DNA of 60,591 nucleotides from Rickettsiales bacterium (GTDB lineage Bacteria; Pseudomonadota; Alphaproteobacteria; Rickettsiales; UBA1997): NCBI GenBank assembly GCA_044360285.1, contig JBIKKP010000003.1, positions 1 to 60,591 of the forward strand, read 5' to 3'. Shown piece by piece: positions 55,461 to 60,591 of this stretch (position 1 is its first letter; each line of letters starts with the position of its first letter). The notes under the pieces were generated by a model. It saw only the letters and a program-made list of their open reading frames with translations, ran no database searches and was not told where the DNA came from. The position numbers and the translations under genes were made by a program.

Positions 55461-56879
55461 CTAAGTTCCGCAAAAAGTTTGGCGGATTTTTTCTTCTTCT
55501 TTTGGCGCTTGCATAAATTCTAAATTTTCTTCAAAGGGATTTTGCAGCGCCTTTAAAAATTTCTGAATTTTTTTGCTGTCGTAATTCGTTATCAGCTCTT
55601 CAACCGCGTGGTTTCGGGCAATTATCGCCGGATTTATTTTTTGCATCGAATCTGCAATTTCTTCCGCAGATTTTTTTTCTTTCGTCAGGCGTTTTTGCCA
55701 AATTTTTATCCAGTTTTTTAGGTTTTCGCTTGGAATAAAAAATTCTTTGAGGTCGCTTTTTTGATTGCTCAAAAAACGAAAAGTTAGCGTGTAATCGAGT
55801 TGATCTTTGGTCATGATATTTAGCAAATCTGCCAGCAGCTCAATATCCTCTTCAAAGTTGGAGTCAATAATACCAAGCTTTTGCAGCATTTTTTTCGAGA
55901 ATTTTTCTTGAAAAGTTTTTACAAAAAAATTCTGCAACTCATCAAAATTTTGCTCAGAATCTTTTGTCAAAAGCGCAATTGCTTCTGCAAAAAGTAAACA
56001 ATTCCACAGCGCAATTCGCGGCTGATTGTTGAAGGCGTAGCGGCCAAAGCGATCAATTGAGCTAAAAGTTTTTTGTGGATCATATTCATCTAAAAAAGCG
56101 CAAGGCCCATAATCAATGGTTTCGCCGCTTAAAGTCATGTTGTCGCTATTCATCACGCCGTGGATGAATCCAACGCACATCCAGTTGCAGACCAAGTCAA
56201 TTTGTCTTTCCATCAACTCAATTACCAATTTTTGGTAGCCAGATTTGTTTGTCTCAAGGTGCGCGTAATGGCGTTTTATCGTGTAATTAGTGATTTCTTC
56301 TAGTTCGTCCAAATTGTTTTGCGCAGCAAAATATTCAAAAGTTCCAATGCGAATGTGGCTGGCAGCAATACGCGTTAAAACCGCGCCAGGCAAGGTTTGC
56401 TGACGTATTACTTCATCGCCAGTTGCAACTACAGCCAGGCTGCGTGTGGTTTTTATGCCAAGATGATGCATTGCTTCCGAAAGCAGATATTCGCGAAGCA
56501 TGGAAGGAAGAGGCGCCAGGCCATCACCGTTGCGCGAGAAAAAAGTTTTCCCCGAGCCTTTTAGCTGCAAATCAAAACGCTGATTTTCTTTATTTAAAAT
56601 CTCACCAAGCAGCACAGCGCGGCCATCGCCAAGGCTTTCAACAAAATGACCAAATTGATGTCCGGCGTAAGCAAGTGCTATTGGTTTAGCGCCTTTTGGA
56701 ATTTTATTTCCTGATAAAATTTCAGTGATTTCGGTTTCGTCAATTGGCCTGTCGCTGAAGGACTCAAGCAGCTTTTTATTAAGCAAAAGCAGCTGTGGTT
56801 TGGAGGATTTTTGCGGAAGGGTTTCGCGAAAAAATTTTTCACCAAGTTTCGCATAACTATTATCGAAGCAAAATGTCAT
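55461..56879 (-). CDS. selO: Protein adenylyltransferase SelO (YdiU)
   Basis: YAGHQFG, LGDGRA, LKGSG.T.FSR.GDG, GFIHGVMN.DN, IDYGP and C-terminal TFCGT motifs. Confidence 0.95.
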   Translation of the reverse strand: MTFCFDNSYAKLGEKFFRETLPQKSSKPQLLLLNKKLLESFSDRPIDETEITEILSGNKIPKGAKPIALAYAGHQFGHFVESLGDGRAVLLGEILNKENQRFDLQLKGSGKTFFSRNGDGLAPLPSMLREYLLSEAMHHLGIKTTRSLAVVATGDEVIRQQTLPGAVLTRIAASHIRIGTFEYFAAQNNLDELEEITNYTIKRHYAHLETNKSGYQKLVIELMERQIDLVCNWMCVGFIHGVMNSDNMTLSGETIDYGPCAFLDEYDPQKTFSSIDRFGRYAFNNQPRIALWNCLLFAEAIALLTKDSEQNFDELQNFFVKTFQEKFSKKMLQKLGIIDSNFEEDIELLADLLNIMTKDQLDYTLTFRFLSNQKSDLKEFFIPSENLKNWIKIWQKRLTKEKKSAEEIADSMQKINPAIIARNHAVEELITNYDSKKIQKFLKALQNPFEENLEFMQAPKEEEKIRQTFCGT

Positions 56880-56900
56880 GAATAGATTCTAGTAATAGCG

Positions 56901-56994
56901 CCCCGTCATCCTTGGCAAGCAGGGCCGAGGATCTTGTGTGTTTAGCGTTGAAAAAACGAGATCCTCGATGCCTTTGGCATCAAGGATGACGGGG
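56901..56994. repeat. Palindromic element family A
   Basis: ccccgtcatccttgg...cgaggatct ... agatcctcgatgcctttggcatcaaggatgacgggg. Confidence 0.9.
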
Positions 56995-57005
56995 GAATTG
57001 TTTAT

Positions 57006-58751
57006 TTATTGGTAAAAGTTTTCGATCTCGTTTTTGAATTTTTCTTCGAGCGTTTTTCTTTTTAATTTCATTGAAGGCGTAATGTCGCCAGATTCGATGG
57101 ATATTGGGTTGGCGATGATTTTAAATTTTTGAATTTTTTCCCAGTGATCGAGGTTTTTATTTATTTTTTCGACTTTTTGTGCGACATGATTTTGAAGAAT
57201 TTTTGTAGCTAAAAATTCTTCATCGCTGCCAGAAAAATTAAATTTTTTCTTAGTTTTTTCCAAAAATTCAAAATCAGGAAAGAGTAGGGCGGAAGTGAAT
57301 TGGCGGCCTTCGGCGATGGCGATTGCGCCAATTAAAAAGCCAATTTCTTGCACCAATTTTTGTTCAATTAAAATTGGCGAGACAAATTTTCCGTTAGCGT
57401 TTTTGAAAATTTCTTTTTTGCGTCCGGTGATTTTTAAAAAACCTTCTGCATCAATTTCAGCTATGTCGCCGGTCTTAAACCAGCCATTTTCAAGGCTTTC
57501 CGCGGTTTTTTTGGCGTCATTAAAATAGCCGCGCATGACATTTGGTCCGCGCACTAAAAGCTCGCCATCGGCAGAAATTTTTATTTCAACTTGTGGATAG
57601 CTCTTTCCAACCGTGCCAAATTTATGAGCTTTTGGACAGTTGGCAGAAATTACCGGAGAAGTTTCGGTAAGACCGTAGCCGCAAAATAAATTGACGCCGA
57701 TATTTTGATAAAAACGTTGTAAATCCAGAGACAGAGCTGCTCCGCCGCAAATTACCATACGCATTCTTCCGCCCAAGGCAGCACGAAATTTTTTGTAAAT
57801 TAGTGCGTCGTAAATTTTGTCGCAGAAATTTTTAGCATCTTGCGGATCTTTGTAAATAGCGCGCTGCAGCGCTTTTGTGCCGAGATATTTTTTGATAAAG
57901 TTAGCCTGGTTGGTTCCGTCTTTAATGCGTATAAAAACTTTTTCTAGCATGCGCGGCACGCTTGTCATCAGTGTTGGATGTACTTCGCGTAGAAAATTTC
58001 CAAGATTCTTTATGTCATCAACAAAGTAAATTGACGCGCCTTGTGTGAGATAAAACATCATCACCATACGTTCAAAAATATGGGCGAGAGGCAAGAAAGA
58101 GAGGACGATATCGCTTTGCTGTAGTGGAAAAAATTCAGCAGTTGCCTTGATTTGTGAAACAAGGTTTTGATGGGTTAGCTCAACACCCTTAGGCCTTCCC
58201 GTGCTGCCAGAAGTGTAAATTATCGTTGCTAAATCTTGCGGTTTTACTTCGTTGCTTAGCGAATCGAAATCATATTTTTTTTCTAGTGCGGCTTTTTTTC
58301 CAAGTTCAAGCAAGCTCTCAAAGCTGATGCCGCAAGCTTCACCAAGTCCGTATGTAATTATTTTTAGTTCAGGTTTTTCTTTTTTTAGCAGCGAAAAACT
58401 TTCCAAATTGTCGGTAAAAACATAGCCGACTTTGGCGTCAGAAATTTCGAAAAATAAATTTTCCTGCGAGATGTTAGAAAAAATTGGAACAGTGGTTGCG
58501 CCAGCTAAAATAGCGCCTAGATCAGCAATTAACCAAATTGGATTTTGGTAAGAAATGTTGGCAAAAGTTTGATTTTTTTCTAAGCCAATTTCGCGAAGTC
58601 CGCAGGCGAAATGAAAAACATTTTTTGCAAAATCTTGATTGGAAAAGCTGATGAATTCCGCCGAGTTTCTTTTGAAGTTAAGTACGCGTGGGTTGTTGAA
58701 AGTAGAGGCTTGAATCGAAACTAGTTCGCAAAGAGTAGAGAAATTTTTCAT
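57006..58751 (-). CDS. Long-chain fatty acid--CoA ligase (AMP-dependent synthetase)
   Basis: YTSGSTGRPKG, GYGLTETSP, WFKTGD and ITGRKK motifs. Confidence 0.93.
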   Translation of the reverse strand: MKNFSTLCELVSIQASTFNNPRVLNFKRNSAEFISFSNQDFAKNVFHFACGLREIGLEKNQTFANISYQNPIWLIADLGAILAGATTVPIFSNISQENLFFEISDAKVGYVFTDNLESFSLLKKEKPELKIITYGLGEACGISFESLLELGKKAALEKKYDFDSLSNEVKPQDLATIIYTSGSTGRPKGVELTHQNLVSQIKATAEFFPLQQSDIVLSFLPLAHIFERMVMMFYLTQGASIYFVDDIKNLGNFLREVHPTLMTSVPRMLEKVFIRIKDGTNQANFIKKYLGTKALQRAIYKDPQDAKNFCDKIYDALIYKKFRAALGGRMRMVICGGAALSLDLQRFYQNIGVNLFCGYGLTETSPVISANCPKAHKFGTVGKSYPQVEIKISADGELLVRGPNVMRGYFNDAKKTAESLENGWFKTGDIAEIDAEGFLKITGRKKEIFKNANGKFVSPILIEQKLVQEIGFLIGAIAIAEGRQFTSALLFPDFEFLEKTKKKFNFSGSDEEFLATKILQNHVAQKVEKINKNLDHWEKIQKFKIIANPISIESGDITPSMKLKRKTLEEKFKNEIENFYQ

Positions 58752-59870
58752 CTAAAAAATTTGCATGATTAAGTGCCAAAGCATCATGAGTTTACGATTT
58801 ATCGCTTCATGATTTTTGAGATATTGACGCGCCATCAAGTCAACGTGGGCCTGTTTTGCGAAGTAAAGACAAGTGACGGCCAAAAACATCAGCGAAAAAT
58901 AATTGGCGATCGAATCAAAAAAACTGGCGTGAATTATTCCATCTTGCGCTTTCACATCTTTGACGCGGTTGATGCGCGAAGAAGTTCTTGGATGCGTTGA
59001 GAAAAGCGTGAAATAGCCGCTTTCACCAAGCATTGAAAGAGCAAGAGCCATATTTTGTCCACCAAAAGCTTTTGCTGATTGCATGTCGCAGCGAAATTCA
59101 ATTGTTCGTGAAACGAAACGGCGCAGGAATTCGTAAGTATTGTAAACAACAAAGCGATTGAAGGCGGTGATGACAAAGTTGATGATGGTGTAAGTGTCGC
59201 CCATCAAGCGTGACGTGGTTTTGCCGCCATAAGGTAAAAATTTCACAATACGAATTCCGATGTTCAACGTGAAAAATAAAATGCCAGAAACGAGGTTGGT
59301 AATTTTTTGGTTGGTGATGATAAGAAAGGTTGGAAGGAAGTCTTTGTTAATTAGATGCGACATTTCGTGGCCAATTGTGCTGCGCAGCGCGTAAAGGAAT
59401 TTTTTTGGATCTGGACATTCCACCAAGTAATGCTCAACCAATCCGCGTGTGAGTACTATGGCTTTTCCGCCCATACTGCTGATGGCGTAGGCATTGATTT
59501 CGTCGACGTTTTTGATGTAAAGTTTTACGTTTCTTTCGCCGAATTTATCTCTGACCTGATTGATGATTTCGGTGAGGAATTCGTAGTCTTTAACCTTCTC
59601 GAAGCGGGTACAATTTTTGAGCGAAGAGCGCATCGAAAAACTAAATAAAAAATCGAGAACCAGGTAAAGTAGCATTAAAAAACTGACTACAAAAGCGAGG
59701 AAGAAAAAGGCGAAAAGAATTTGGTTTTGGGCGGCGTGATTGATGATGAGTTTATGATCATTAAAGTGCATGAATGGAACGGCCGCAGCCAGCACTGGAG
59801 ATGCTAAAACAATGACGTTGCAAATTGTGACGATGTAAACCAGAACAAGATTAAATGACTTAGCGAACAT
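58752..59870 (-). CDS. M48 (HtpX-like) membrane zinc metalloprotease
   Basis: INAYA, GHEMSH (HExxH), EFRCD and FSTHP motifs. Confidence 0.88.
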   Translation of the reverse strand: MFAKSFNLVLVYIVTICNVIVLASPVLAAAVPFMHFNDHKLIINHAAQNQILFAFFFLAFVVSFLMLLYLVLDFLFSFSMRSSLKNCTRFEKVKDYEFLTEIINQVRDKFGERNVKLYIKNVDEINAYAISSMGGKAIVLTRGLVEHYLVECPDPKKFLYALRSTIGHEMSHLINKDFLPTFLIITNQKITNLVSGILFFTLNIGIRIVKFLPYGGKTTSRLMGDTYTIINFVITAFNRFVVYNTYEFLRRFVSRTIEFRCDMQSAKAFGGQNMALALSMLGESGYFTLFSTHPRTSSRINRVKDVKAQDGIIHASFFDSIANYFSLMFLAVTCLYFAKQAHVDLMARQYLKNHEAINRKLMMLWHLIMQIF

Positions 59871-59970
59871 TTTTTTATTAAAAATTAAGGCGGTGTAAAA
59901 ACTGCTTTGTTGAAGCTAGTGCAGTGCATTTTTCACTTTCAATTGCAATTAAATCAAACCGTTAAAACCG

Positions 59971-60591
59971 ATGCGTCAAATCCAAATTCAAAACATTAAA
60001 GTTGCCAATAATCTGCCTTTTGTGCTAATCGCCGGGCCGTGCCAGACCGAATCACTCGATCACAGTTTGATGATGGCAAGCAACATAAAAAGAGTCTGTG
60101 ATGGCTTGGGCATTGAGTTCATCTATAAAGCTTCTTTTGACAAAGCAAACCGCTCCAGCATTGGCGGCGCTCGTGGCGCTGGTTTGGAAAAAACTTTGCC
60201 AATTTTTGCTGAAGTAAAAAAGCAATTTAAGTGTCCGGTTATTACCGATATTCATAATGAAGAGCATTGCCGAATTTTGGCAACGCGCAACGAAGTTGAT
60301 GTTTTGCAAATCCCAGCATTCCTGTGTCGCCAGACCGATTTGCTTGAAGCGGCGGCAAAAACTGGCAAAGTGATTAATGTCAAAAAAGGCCAATTTTTGG
60401 CGCCTTGGGATGCGGCAAATATCGTCAAGAAAATGGATCATTTTGGAAACCAAAATGTTTTGCTAACCGAACGCGGAGTAAGCTTTGGCTACAACACTTT
60501 GGTTTCAGATATGCGCTCACTACCAATCATGGCCAAAACCGGATGCCCAGTTGTTTTTGACGCAACGCATTCAGTACAGCAGCCAGGCGGA
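59971..60591 (+). CDS. kdsA: KDO-8-phosphate synthase, 3'-truncated by the window edge
   Basis: The frame from ATG 59971 is open to the window end: [53 protein letters not shown]. It is not in the ORF track. Confidence 0.95.
   Translation, partial: MRQIQIQNIKVANNLPFVLIAGPCQTESLDHSLMMASNIKRVCDGLGIEFIYKASFDKANRSSIGGARGAGLEKTLPIFAEVKKQFKCPVITDIHNEEHCRILATRNEVDVLQIPAFLCRQTDLLEAAAKTGKVINVKKGQFLAPWDAANIVKKMDHFGNQNVLLTERGVSFGYNTLVSDMRSLPIMAKTGCPVVFDATHSVQQPGG

Noticed and set aside
55461-55480. Selenocysteine recoding at the SelO C-terminus
   Set aside because: The protein ends TFCGT with Cys and a TAG stop; there is no in-frame TGA.
60052-60453. 133-aa minus-strand ORF
   Set aside because: It is antisense to the clearly recognisable kdsA that runs off the window end.

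Overview
This is an AT-rich chromosomal window from an alphaproteobacterium, most likely a deep-branching, biosynthetically rich Rickettsiales-like organism. That call rests on rvh-type VirD4 and VirB10 sitting alongside leuB/leuC, dapF, aroE, purL, folB, glyA and kdsA. Most genes are housekeeping, but their usual operon partners are missing or dispersed. Main unusual observations: (1) five unrelated orphan genes are wedged into housekeeping transcription units and share a Pro-initiated C-terminal tail motif, a candidate type IV secretion signal; (2) one of these orphans is a PP2C-like phosphatase whose DGH(G/A)G motif comes after the last catalytic motif (permuted order); (3) purL is cleanly split into two ORFs with a MntA-HepT toxin-antitoxin pair and algI/algJ-like genes between them; (4) a stand-alone 950-aa VirB10 carries three 107-aa and two 51-aa internal repeats; (5) three families of intergenic palindromic (REP/RPE-like) elements show compensatory stem changes and often lie at operon breakpoints. 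Also noted are a 40-aa small ORF missed by the ORF track, a frameshifted orphan, and a TacA-like regulator lacking GAFTGA. No rRNA, tRNA, CRISPR array or transposase was recognised. All product calls come from motifs read by eye; no searches were run.
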